NCBI GenBank assembly: GCA_964480705.1
Contig: CAYZPC010000001.1
Location: 31,297-95,296, forward strand
Source of the DNA: an uncultured archaeon
GTDB taxonomy: Archaea > Iainarchaeota > Iainarchaeia > Iainarchaeales > VGJJ01
DNA: 64,000 nucleotides
Reading direction: 5' to 3'
The notes beneath the pieces were generated by a model that was not told the origin of the DNA, made no database searches, and saw only the letters and a list, made by a program, of their open reading frames with translations. Below are positions 9,104-17,474 of this stretch, piece by piece; the stretch's first letter is position 1, and the number at the start of each line of letters is the position of its first letter. Both the position numbers and the translations under genes were made by a program.

Positions 9104-9185
9104 GTTGCTATTTTCTCCCCGTAAGCCTTTTTCCTTTGTATTCATACGTGTCTTTTAAAGGAAATTCGCACGTTTATCTTAGTAT

Positions 9186-9848
9186 ATGGCCGATGAAATA
9201 ACGCTCGATAAGGAAGTTTTCAAAGCGCTTGCGGGAGACACACGTGTTTCCGTGTTGAAATCATTAATGCAGCGCCGAAAAACACAAAGTGAATTGGCGA
9301 AAGAATTGAACCTCGCCGCGCCCACGATTAAAGATCATTTGGATATTTTGCAGAAAGCCCAACTCGTGAGAGAAGTGGATGATGGTCACAAATGGAAATA
9401 CATTGAATTAACCGTCAAAGGAAAATCACTCTTACAGCCAACTGACAAGCGTATCATGGTCTTGTTAGGAACCAGTTTGTTTGGTGTTGCAGCGGCCGGT
9501 TTTTTGGCGTATTCAAAATTCTCCTCTCTTGCATTCCAGAATTTTTCCACTTTTGCCGCCGATAACACGGCGGTGATGAAAGCCGGTTCTCTTCCCGCGG
9601 ATGCGATGATTGCGAGTGGGAGCGAATTAACCCAAGCGGCTCCCCTTGTTTCAGGAGAAGGTGCCAATGCTTCTATTGAAGTTGGTCGCACCGCGTTGGA
9701 AGCGGCCGCGCCGAGTGTTTCTCCTCTTGCCACGGATGTGGCGGCGCAAACATTCGCCTGGATTCCCACTCCTGAATTGGCAGTATTAGTAATTTGTTTA
9801 GTCGTTTTTGGTTTAGCGTGTGGAATGTGGATCAAACAGACATACTAA
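9186..9848 (+). CDS. ArsR-family HTH transcriptional regulator with C-terminal membrane anchor
   Basis: N-terminal ALAGDTRVSVLKSL..QSELAKELNLAAPTIKDHLDIL wHTH; C-terminal hydrophobic helix. Confidence 0.75.
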   Translation: MADEITLDKEVFKALAGDTRVSVLKSLMQRRKTQSELAKELNLAAPTIKDHLDILQKAQLVREVDDGHKWKYIELTVKGKSLLQPTDKRIMVLLGTSLFGVAAAGFLAYSKFSSLAFQNFSTFAADNTAVMKAGSLPADAMIASGSELTQAAPLVSGEGANASIEVGRTALEAAAPSVSPLATDVAAQTFAWIPTPELAVLVICLVVFGLACGMWIKQTY

Positions 9849-9849
9849 T

Positions 9850-9872
9850 TGAAACTTTTTGAAAAAGTTTCA
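9850..9872. repeat. Palindrome TGAAACTTTTTGAAAAAGTTTCA (A5/T5 palindrome family)
   Basis: 23-bp inverted repeat 2 nt after the ArsR stop codon. Confidence 0.6.
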
Positions 9873-9954
9873 TCAAAAGCCTACTTGGGGATTCTACGAA
9901 TCCCCAATAGTAGTCCGTCCGCGCGGCCGGAGGTTACCGGCCTTAGAAAGAGTA

Positions 9955-10080
9955 AGGCGGGGACGGGTTGGGTTGTCCCCGGCCTTTGGGTTGGTTGGGT
10001 TGTTAGGCAAATTGGGTTGGTTAAGAAGCATCAACGCAGCAACGGCGGGCCATCTTGGTTGGGTTGGGAGTTAAGGAGGC
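9955..10080 (+). repeat. G-rich GGGTTGG/GGTTGG repeat tract (potential G-quadruplex) in a structured intergenic region
   Basis: Nine or more GGGTTGG/GGTTGG units; no ORF on either strand; the 27-mer TCTTGGTTGGGTTGGGAGTTAAGGAGG is duplicated at 10366. Confidence 0.6.
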
Positions 10081-10138
10081 AGCCCACCGCGCTGAGTTGA
10101 TACAATCTTTCTTGGGAAGCATCATTGTGTTTTTTGAT

Positions 10139-10161
10139 AAAACTTTTTTTCAAAAAGTTTT
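10139..10161. repeat. Palindrome AAAACTTTTTTTCAAAAAGTTTT (A5/T5 family) at the stop of the wHTH gene
   Basis: Inverted repeat read directly. Confidence 0.55.
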
Positions 10162-10635
10162 TCGGACGAACACCACCTTTTTTCCGGATTGGATTTTTCC
10201 AAGGTAGCCGGTTTTGACGAGTGCATTGAGTCGTTGCGAGGCCGCGTTGGGATTTTTGTATCCTGCGTGCGTGCGCACCTCTTCGGCGTTGGCTTTTCCA
10301 TTTTTTTCAATGTATGCGAGTATTTTTTGGTCCGCTTCGGGTAAGAGTGAAATCGAATGCAGGTTCTCTTGGGTTGGGTTGGGAGTCAGGGAGGTTCCTG
10401 CATTCGATTTTAGTGCGAGGGATAATTCATCGTATTTTTCTTCCATCTTGGCGAGCAAATCATTCGTTTGCTTGCGTTCTTGAGCAAGTTTGAATAGGAG
10501 CGCGGCGATAATCATGGGGTTATCTTTCCCCGCTTGCATGACATCATTCAAGTCTGCCGTGAGGGTGGAGAATTCGGGGCTAATCTGCTCCATCAAGGCT
10601 TGCGGAGTCAGTTTTCGATAATCACGATTGGTCAT
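10150..10635 (-). CDS. Winged-helix (MarR/PadR-like) DNA-binding protein with N-terminal coiled-coil domain
   Basis: C-terminus ILAYIEKNGKANAEEVRTHAGYKNPNAASQRLNALVKTGYLGKI wHTH pattern. Confidence 0.6.
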   Translation of the reverse strand: MTNRDYRKLTPQALMEQISPEFSTLTADLNDVMQAGKDNPMIIAALLFKLAQERKQTNDLLAKMEEKYDELSLALKSNAGTSLTPNPTQENLHSISLLPEADQKILAYIEKNGKANAEEVRTHAGYKNPNAASQRLNALVKTGYLGKIQSGKKVVFVRKTF

Positions 10636-10640
10636 GCATC

Positions 10641-10659
10641 GTCATGATGGCATCATGAC
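10641..10659. promoter_or_regulatory. Operator-like palindrome GTCATGATGGCATCATGAC abutting TATA box CTATATAAAG in a divergent promoter
   Basis: Perfect 9-bp inverted repeat 6 nt upstream of the wHTH gene start and immediately 5' of a TATA-like box for the + strand gene. Confidence 0.5.
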
Positions 10660-10749
10660 TATATAAAGCTTGCGGGTGGGAAATGCGAAATGCTGCCTCT
10701 CTTTTTCTATGTCTTTATAGTTTTTATAGGTGGTTCCCGTCTGGTTTGA

Positions 10750-11460
10750 ATGGGCAAATCTTTTCGCTCCAAGCGTCCTTCCCGCGTGCGAGTGTTGCGG
10801 GTTCGCCGAGTGATTCCTCACGATGTCCAGAAACCATCTTCTACACAACCGTTGTTTTTGCAACGCGCTGCCCCCCATTCTTTTTCTTTCCGTGAAACTA
10901 CTTTGTGGCATTATGGTGACCCTGTGGGTTATGGTCGCGTGACGAATCCCATTGTGGGTCACACACGTGATAGTCGGCATTTGGTTTTGGCGGATAGAAA
11001 AAAACCTCGTGCGGCGTTGGCCTACTGGCATAAAGGGGAAGATTGGGTCATTACTTCTATTCAGCGCCTGCGCACCGAATATGTCTTGTCTTCGAAGTTG
11101 GGGGTTCACTCGTTTACGTGGAATGCGCGCAAAGAAACGGAACGTGGGAAGGATTTTGCTCGTGCATTAGGCATGCATCCTTCGGAATTTTTGTTGAGTC
11201 AATTTTTGTTTGCACATCGTGATGAAATCATTTCGGGAAAGAAAATATTTTTGGAACTTGTTGATTATGGTTTTCGGGGCAAAGATAACTCGAATTATTC
11301 CAATCAGGAAATATACGGCCCCATCCTCGAGCGTTTTTTCAAGCGCACTCCTTCGAAAACAGTTTTACTCGGGGAAAATTGTTCGGTGAAAAATTATGAG
11401 TTGAGTTTAGAAAAGCGCCGCGTGCGTGATGCATTGGGTTTGCCTCCGCTAAAAAAATAA
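10750..11460 (+). CDS. Hypothetical basic protein (236 aa)
   Basis: Longest ORF in the region with protein-like composition; start uncertain. Confidence 0.4.
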   Translation: MGKSFRSKRPSRVRVLRVRRVIPHDVQKPSSTQPLFLQRAAPHSFSFRETTLWHYGDPVGYGRVTNPIVGHTRDSRHLVLADRKKPRAALAYWHKGEDWVITSIQRLRTEYVLSSKLGVHSFTWNARKETERGKDFARALGMHPSEFLLSQFLFAHRDEIISGKKIFLELVDYGFRGKDNSNYSNQEIYGPILERFFKRTPSKTVLLGENCSVKNYELSLEKRRVRDALGLPPLKK

Positions 11461-11573
11461 TTTTTATAAAAAAGAAAAATAGAAATTTCCCGTCCTCGTT
11501 GGAGGAGCGGGTAAAAAAATGTCTGGGGAACATTTACGTTCCCCTAACTTCCGCGCGGCCGCAGGTTAGCGGC

Positions 11574-12437
11574 CTACTTCAGATATTTGATGGTGTTCTG
11601 GAATATTCCGCTGGTGACGCCCGGGTTGTAGTTGAAGTAAATGACTTTTCCTCCGCCTAATTGGGCTTGTTCCACAATCGCGGGGAAGTTCTTTCCCGTT
11701 CGTGCGTCTTCAATGTAGGCGATTTCATTTCCCGTGACACCTACATCAAATACTTCCAATGCTAAATATCCTGCTTCGGCTTGTGCGGGCACGCGTTCAA
11801 TTCCCTGCATGATGGGGTGTCGGTAGTCTTGTTGCCAAATAACTCCAATCACTCCAATCGGTCGTTTGCACGTGGGTTGTCCGTCTAAAATAATGTCACA
11901 ATTCACCGGAACAATATTTCCGAAGTTGGCTTTCCAACCTAAAATATCCAATGCGCCCGGTTGTTCAATTCCTGAATCCTTAATGATGACGAGTTTTCCT
12001 CCCGTCTTCACGTAGTTTTGCAACGCGTCTCCCAACTGTCGGGGAATGGCTTTGCTGATTTGTCCGGTTTGATCTAAAACAACTATATCAAATTGGGCGA
12101 GCTGATTTTCAGGATTGTTGGAAAACCCTTCCGCTGCCCGTATGAGTGGACTTCCCACTAAATCCTTGTTGGCGTTCAGCACGGCAATCATTTCGGGCGA
12201 AGGTGCGCCGATGATGAGCATTCGTGCGGTTGCGCTGGGGGATATTGCTCCCACAATGGGTCCGATAACGGGTGTAGATGTGTCAATCACTCCCAACCTT
12301 GCGAGGAGTAAGAATCCAATCACCACAATCAAAATAATGGGTATAATGGCTTCCAAGTTGAAATGCAATCGGCTGCCGATTCCATCATCAATGGGTGGTA
12401 AATCCGCGCCACCGCCATATGCATCTTCATTCGCCAT
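11574..12437 (-). CDS. Membrane-anchored extracytoplasmic protein (paralogous to 13076..14044)
   Basis: N-terminal TM IIPIILIVVIGFLLLA; shared blocks FDIVVLDQTG/FDLVIVTRAK and GGKLVIIKDSG/GGRLVWTGDAG with the second paralog. Confidence 0.55.
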   Translation of the reverse strand: MANEDAYGGGADLPPIDDGIGSRLHFNLEAIIPIILIVVIGFLLLARLGVIDTSTPVIGPIVGAISPSATARMLIIGAPSPEMIAVLNANKDLVGSPLIRAAEGFSNNPENQLAQFDIVVLDQTGQISKAIPRQLGDALQNYVKTGGKLVIIKDSGIEQPGALDILGWKANFGNIVPVNCDIILDGQPTCKRPIGVIGVIWQQDYRHPIMQGIERVPAQAEAGYLALEVFDVGVTGNEIAYIEDARTGKNFPAIVEQAQLGGGKVIYFNYNPGVTSGIFQNTIKYLK

Positions 12438-12503
12438 AGTCTTTTCCTCCCCAATACTTCACTAACCCAATTTGGGCATCTACAGGTTGTGGTTTTCCGG
12501 TCT

Positions 12504-13079
12504 TTATAAACTATGTGGGGGTTGTCGCCCAATTGATTGGCTTCTCCTCTTATCCCCAATCATTCTCGCAATGCCCTGGAAAATAGTGACGAGCCGCAGC
12601 ATGCGTTGGTATTCGGAAAATGCTCCCTCATAATCGCTTCCGCGCTTACCACGCATCCACACGTATAATTGCTTGGCATATTTTTGGTATTCTCTCGCTT
12701 GGTGGCGGAAATATTGTGAAGGTGTTTGCACTCGGGGCGGGTGGTTTTGGAGCAATTGTTTTTGGTTGGCGAGAAATATTTCCTCGAACTCTTTCGCGAG
12801 CATTTCTTTTCGTCCCGGTGAGAGTTGTTCCCACGCGTGCGTGGCGCCATTGCGCACATACCATTGCCACCGTGCTAATCCTGTGAGTTTAATTCCTTCT
12901 GGCGAGTTTGTTACCAATTTTTTTTCGAGTAAATATCCTAATTTGGTTCGCTGTGTTTTTGTCGCGTCATCAAAACTAATTACGCTTCCCTGCAAGAGTT
13001 TATCGAATAATCTTTTTCCGCGCCGGACAGCATTAGCCGGCGAGTTTTTCGCGCGAGGATTTTTTTTGGGTCCGCTCAT
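12504..13079 (-). CDS. Hypothetical basic cytoplasmic protein
   Basis: 191-aa ORF overlapping the upstream paralog stop by 4 nt, operon-like. Confidence 0.5.
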   Translation of the reverse strand: MSGPKKNPRAKNSPANAVRRGKRLFDKLLQGSVISFDDATKTQRTKLGYLLEKKLVTNSPEGIKLTGLARWQWYVRNGATHAWEQLSPGRKEMLAKEFEEIFLANQKQLLQNHPPRVQTPSQYFRHQAREYQKYAKQLYVWMRGKRGSDYEGAFSEYQRMLRLVTIFQGIARMIGDKRRSQSIGRQPPHSL

Positions 13080-14044
13080 CGCAGCATCCCATTGTATAGG
13101 TTCACGAGAAATTGTTGATACTCCATGGGTGGTTGTGCGAGCAATTCGGGTGGAACAGCATAATACACAATTTTTTCTCCCACTCCCGAAGAAACAATGA
13201 TGGGAAACACGCGCCCTAGTTCGTTATTCTCTTTGTCGCGCAGCGTGGTGCTCGTGTCCACGCTCAACACGCGTGTGCTTCCGATTCCAATGTCTCCCAC
13301 AATAGCAAAGTCTCCATACAGTTTCAAGTTGCTCGCAATTCCATACACTAATCGATGGTCGGCTCCTGATTCGGGAACTAACTCTCCAATTTGTTGCGCG
13401 GACGTGAAAATAGTGCAATCTCTAAAATCACAATAATTTCCTTTGTATTCTGTTGACAAGTATTGGTCGAATCGCACTGCAATCCCATCTTCTACATCTT
13501 TTCTCGCCCAGGGTGAAATGAGCGTGTGTCCGGCATTTTCATCCACGTCATCTGCGTACAAAAAATCATCATCCGTTGTGAGTTCGGTTCCCGCGTCGCC
13601 TGTCCACACTAATCGTCCGCCCGAGTCAGCGTATTCCATGAATGCGCGGATTTTGTCGGTGCTCATTTGCTTCGCACGTGTAACAATGACTAAATCAAAT
13701 TGTTTCAAATTTCCGGCGGAAACAAAATCTACTTCTTGTCTGGAAATATTGGTGGCGGCAGTAAAGCGCGGGTCTCGGAGGAGGCGCGCTAATTCATCCG
13801 GGTTTCCCAATCCAGCGTCTCCAAACACAATGAGTGTTTTGGGCGGTCCTTTGATGGTGTAGTACACATCGCACCACCCCGGAATGTCCCTACATGTTAC
13901 AATTCCCGACCACGTGAACAATCCTAAAATGAGCAAAACCATTCCAATGGCTAAACCCACGTGGTAGGCATCTTTCAACACGGGTCGCATTTCGGCCATG
14001 AAACGAAAACAAAGGTTGAGGTTTAAAAGAACACACTTATACAT
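13076..14044 (-). CDS. Membrane-anchored extracytoplasmic protein (paralog of 11574..12437)
   Basis: N-terminal TM; conserved blocks shared with 11574..12437. Confidence 0.55.
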   Translation of the reverse strand: MYKCVLLNLNLCFRFMAEMRPVLKDAYHVGLAIGMVLLILGLFTWSGIVTCRDIPGWCDVYYTIKGPPKTLIVFGDAGLGNPDELARLLRDPRFTAATNISRQEVDFVSAGNLKQFDLVIVTRAKQMSTDKIRAFMEYADSGGRLVWTGDAGTELTTDDDFLYADDVDENAGHTLISPWARKDVEDGIAVRFDQYLSTEYKGNYCDFRDCTIFTSAQQIGELVPESGADHRLVYGIASNLKLYGDFAIVGDIGIGSTRVLSVDTSTTLRDKENNELGRVFPIIVSSGVGEKIVYYAVPPELLAQPPMEYQQFLVNLYNGMLR

Positions 14045-14052
14045 TGGATAAT

Positions 14053-14232
14053 ATGGTTAAGTTCACACAATCCGCCCCTCAAGCGCAAGGCCCGAGCTCC
14101 GGAATTGGCGTTCAGCGATTTTTTGACACCGATGAGGGTGGTCCGCAGTTAACTCCGCAAATGATTTTCGGTTTTACCATTGCGGTGATTATTCTTTTTG
14201 TGGCCGCGCGATTGTTCGGATTTGTGCAGTAA
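14053..14232 (+). CDS. secG: Preprotein translocase subunit Sec61-beta (SecG, archaeal)
   Basis: 59 aa; SSGIGVQRFFDTDEGGPQLTPQMIFGFTIAVIILFVAARLFG matches the archaeal Sec61beta pattern, with a single C-terminal TM. Confidence 0.75.
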   Translation: MVKFTQSAPQAQGPSSGIGVQRFFDTDEGGPQLTPQMIFGFTIAVIILFVAARLFGFVQ

Positions 14233-14266
14233 AGTCGTATTTCCTTTTTTTTAAATTAATTACTAT

Positions 14267-17170
14267 TCACGCGACACTCATTCCAATTTCTATTTTTTCT
14301 TCGCGGATGGTTTCCGTGCTGAGGTGGGCGTGTTTTGTCGTGAAATTGGATACAAATACTAGTTTTTGCGCGCGCACTTTCGCTGCGATTTCCGCGTGGT
14401 GTGCTTTGAGCATGTGGGTGAGTTTTTCGCTCGCGCGAATTTCAACTACCACGTGTTGTTCCGGGTTCAGCACGGCTTTTTTTCTCAAATCTTGAATTTT
14501 TCTTGAAATTTCGCGTGCAAATCCTTCTCCTTCGAGTGCAGCATCCATCGCTGTGTCCAATGATACAATCGTTTCCGGGTCCTCTTCCAATGTGTGTGCG
14601 GCGGCGAATACTTTTTCATTCACGTGAATATTTTTCACATTCAACTGTGTCTTAATCATGTTTTCCAATGTTTGAATCGCGTGTTTTCGCTCTTCACTTT
14701 TCGTGTGCACATTCAGCGCGCGCAGGGGCCATCGCACGTTTATTTTTTCTTTCTCGCGCAAAAACAATCCGGCTGTGATGACTCCTTGTGCGTGGGTCAT
14801 GGCGTTTTCCAGTGTCACATTTCGCGGCGCGGGTTCCGGCCAAGGGGTCGTGTGAATGGAACCTGCTTCGCCGTTTACGACTTCGTGCATGATTTCACTC
14901 ACGTAGGGTGCAATGGGCGCCAATAATTTGGCGAGCGTGCTAAATGTTTGATAAAACACATACGCCACGGCTTCATCTCCTTGTTTGGCGCGTTCACGCA
15001 CGAGCTTGATGTACGTGCGCGAAAAATCCTCATTTACAAACGTTAGCAGGGCTTGCGTGCACGCGTTGAACGCGTACGCGTCATATCCTTCCGTCACGGT
15101 ATCGCGGCACGTGGCTAATCGAGACAAAATCCATTCGTCTTCGGTTTCAAGTTGGGGTGTGCTCACGAGCATTCCTTTTTCTAAATACGGTTGCGCAAAC
15201 AGGAGGCTGTTCCACAGCACATTCAACAAGGGTCGCACGCTCTCATTCATGGATGCTATTCCAATTCTCTTTTCGCTCCCCGGGGGAGTGAGGCACATTT
15301 GCAGTCGCACCGCGTCTACTCCATGAGCGTCAAACGCGGCCGCGGGAACAATGACGTTTCCTTTGGACTTGGACATTTTTTCTCCCTTTTCATCAACCAG
15401 GAGTCCGCCGCAAATGACTGTTTTGTAGGGTGATTTTCCAAACAGGAGTGCGCTGATGACGAGGAGCGTGTAGAACCATCCTCTCGTTTGGTCTTGTGCT
15501 TCGGCAATAAAATCATACGGGAAAAATTTCTCAAACAATTCTTTGTTTTCAAACGGGTAATGTAATTGGGCAAAGGGTGCGCTTCCCGAGTCGTACCAGC
15601 AATCTATTACATCGCTCTCGCGCTTCATTTCGCTATTGCATTTTTCACACGTAAACGTAATTTTGTCGAGGGTGGGTTTGTGTAAATCAAATTCTCCTTT
15701 TGGTGTGTTTTTTCCGCGTGCGCGTATTTCTTCTACGCTTCCCGCGGCGTGCAGGTGTCCGCACTCGTTGCGCGTGCAGCGCCATATGTTGAGCGGTGTT
15801 CCCCAATATCGTTTGCGGGACAATCCCCAGTCTTTGGCGTTGGCAATCCATTCTCCAAATCGCCCTTCTTTCACATGGTCGGGTGTCCACTTTATGTTTT
15901 GGTTAAGCTTTTCCAAAAGCTTACGATGCTGTGACACGTTGATGAACCAGGATTTCATGGCATAATACATCAGGGGGGTGTTGCATCTCCAGCAGTGCGG
16001 GTATTCGTGTTCAAATTTATCTGTTTTGAACAGGAGATTTTTTTCCTGCAGGAATGCAATCAATTCTTTCTCGGCATGTCTGTGGTTTTTTCCCGCCCAT
16101 TCTCCCATTTCGGCTTTGAACAATCCGTCTTCTCCCACGTGTTGTACAAACGCGAGGCCATTTTCTTTGCCGGCTTGGTAATCATCTTCTCCAAACCCGG
16201 GGGCGATGTGCACAATGCCCGTTCCGTCTTGCACGGTGACAAATTCTCCTGAAATAACATGGAATGATTTTCCATTAAGTTTAGCGGTTGAGCGCGTGTA
16301 CGTATCAAATGGCGGCACGTATTCTATTCCCACGAGTTTTTCTCCGCGCAGGGTTTCCTTAATGTGTGTTCCTTCCGGGAAGTGTTTGCTCACGAGCACG
16401 TGTGCGAGAACGTATTCCATTCCCTCACTCTCAACGATGGCGTAATCCACTTCCTTGTTTACCGCGAGTGAAATGTTTCCCGGAAGTGTCCACGGAGTGG
16501 TCGTCCATGCCAAGAAGGCGCGTTTGGGATTTTTTTTCCAAATGAATTTTACCGTTGCCGTGGTGTCTTTCACGGTCTTGTATCCCAATGCCACTTCGTG
16601 CGAGGAAAGAGATGTTTGGCAGCGCGGGCAAAAGGGGGTGGTGCGGTGTCCTTCGTACAAGTATCCGCGTTCAAATAATTGTTTGAGTGACCACCACACG
16701 GATTCAATGTAGTCATTTGACATGGTCACGTAGGGTTTTTCTAAATCCACCCAGTATGCCATTCGCTCCGTCATGACATCCCATTCCTGGATGAATGTGT
16801 TCACATCTTTTCGGCATTCTTCGACAAATTTTTCGGTTCCAAAATGTTCAATTTCGCGCTTGTTTTTCAAACCAAGTTTTTTTTCCACTTGCACTTCCAC
16901 CGGCAGCCCGTGCGTGTCCCATCCTGCTTTTCGTGGCACGGTTTTTCCGCGCATGAATTGGTATCTGTTTACAACGTCTTTGAATACGCGCATTTCCACG
17001 TGATGCAACGCTGGAGGAGCATTCGCAGTGGGCGGTCCTTCTAAGAATGAAAAAATGGGTTTGTGGGGGTTGTATCCCACCGTCTTTTCGATGATTTTAT
17101 TTTTTTTCCATTTCTCGAGCGCGCGCTGTTCGAGTAGTTTGAAATCGTACGAGCGGGGGAGAGATTGCAT
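14267..17170 (-). CDS. ileS: Isoleucyl-tRNA synthetase (archaeal/eukaryotic type)
   Basis: GWDTHGLPVE, KMSKSKGN, class I editing-domain layout, 967 aa. Confidence 0.9.
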   Translation of the reverse strand: MQSLPRSYDFKLLEQRALEKWKKNKIIEKTVGYNPHKPIFSFLEGPPTANAPPALHHVEMRVFKDVVNRYQFMRGKTVPRKAGWDTHGLPVEVQVEKKLGLKNKREIEHFGTEKFVEECRKDVNTFIQEWDVMTERMAYWVDLEKPYVTMSNDYIESVWWSLKQLFERGYLYEGHRTTPFCPRCQTSLSSHEVALGYKTVKDTTATVKFIWKKNPKRAFLAWTTTPWTLPGNISLAVNKEVDYAIVESEGMEYVLAHVLVSKHFPEGTHIKETLRGEKLVGIEYVPPFDTYTRSTAKLNGKSFHVISGEFVTVQDGTGIVHIAPGFGEDDYQAGKENGLAFVQHVGEDGLFKAEMGEWAGKNHRHAEKELIAFLQEKNLLFKTDKFEHEYPHCWRCNTPLMYYAMKSWFINVSQHRKLLEKLNQNIKWTPDHVKEGRFGEWIANAKDWGLSRKRYWGTPLNIWRCTRNECGHLHAAGSVEEIRARGKNTPKGEFDLHKPTLDKITFTCEKCNSEMKRESDVIDCWYDSGSAPFAQLHYPFENKELFEKFFPYDFIAEAQDQTRGWFYTLLVISALLFGKSPYKTVICGGLLVDEKGEKMSKSKGNVIVPAAAFDAHGVDAVRLQMCLTPPGSEKRIGIASMNESVRPLLNVLWNSLLFAQPYLEKGMLVSTPQLETEDEWILSRLATCRDTVTEGYDAYAFNACTQALLTFVNEDFSRTYIKLVRERAKQGDEAVAYVFYQTFSTLAKLLAPIAPYVSEIMHEVVNGEAGSIHTTPWPEPAPRNVTLENAMTHAQGVITAGLFLREKEKINVRWPLRALNVHTKSEERKHAIQTLENMIKTQLNVKNIHVNEKVFAAAHTLEEDPETIVSLDTAMDAALEGEGFAREISRKIQDLRKKAVLNPEQHVVVEIRASEKLTHMLKAHHAEIAAKVRAQKLVFVSNFTTKHAHLSTETIREEKIEIGMSVA

Positions 17171-17312
17171 ACTAGGATGTTGGCACGGGACTGTTTTTAA
17201 GGGTTGAACTGCGCGATTGGCTTTCCATCGTGGTTAAATACGCCAAACCGGTGCATTCATCACTATTCCTGCGTCGCAGGTAATATTTCAACCAAAACGA
17301 GGTGACTTAATA

Positions 17313-17399
17313 ATGGCTAAGAAAGTTCCCAGTAAAGCAAAACATCGCGGTCGAACAATCCATCGCACGAAGCGCCGACCCAAAAAAAGTAAGAAGTAA
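17313..17399 (+). CDS. Very small highly basic protein (28 aa); possible ribosomal-type small protein
   Basis: ATG preceded by GAGGTGA SD-like motif; MAKKVPSKAKHRGRTIHRTKRRPKKSKK; followed by hairpin GGGGC-ACAG-CCCC plus T7. Confidence 0.4.
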   Translation: MAKKVPSKAKHRGRTIHRTKRRPKKSKK

Positions 17400-17405
17400 T
17401 TTCAC

Positions 17406-17425
17406 GGGGGCACAGCCCCTCTTTT
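17406..17425 (+). terminator. GC hairpin plus T7 tract
   Basis: ggggcacagcccctcttttttt. Confidence 0.5.
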
Positions 17426-17474
17426 TTTATTCAATTTCTTTTTTTTGCAATTAGAGACTATTTTTAAGGGTTCT

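Noticed and set aside
9849-10100. ORF-track CDS 9849..10100 and 9859..10074 (+)
   Set aside because: They are composed almost entirely of GGGTTGG repeat translation (GWVVPGLWVGWVV). Low-complexity artefact of the repeat tract.
10051-10395. Two near-identical G-rich 27-mers about 320 nt apart raised the possibility of a diversity-generating retroelement TR/VR pair
   Set aside because: Similarity does not extend beyond 27 nt, the mismatches are not adenine-specific, and no reverse transcriptase (YxDD) ORF is present anywhere in the window.
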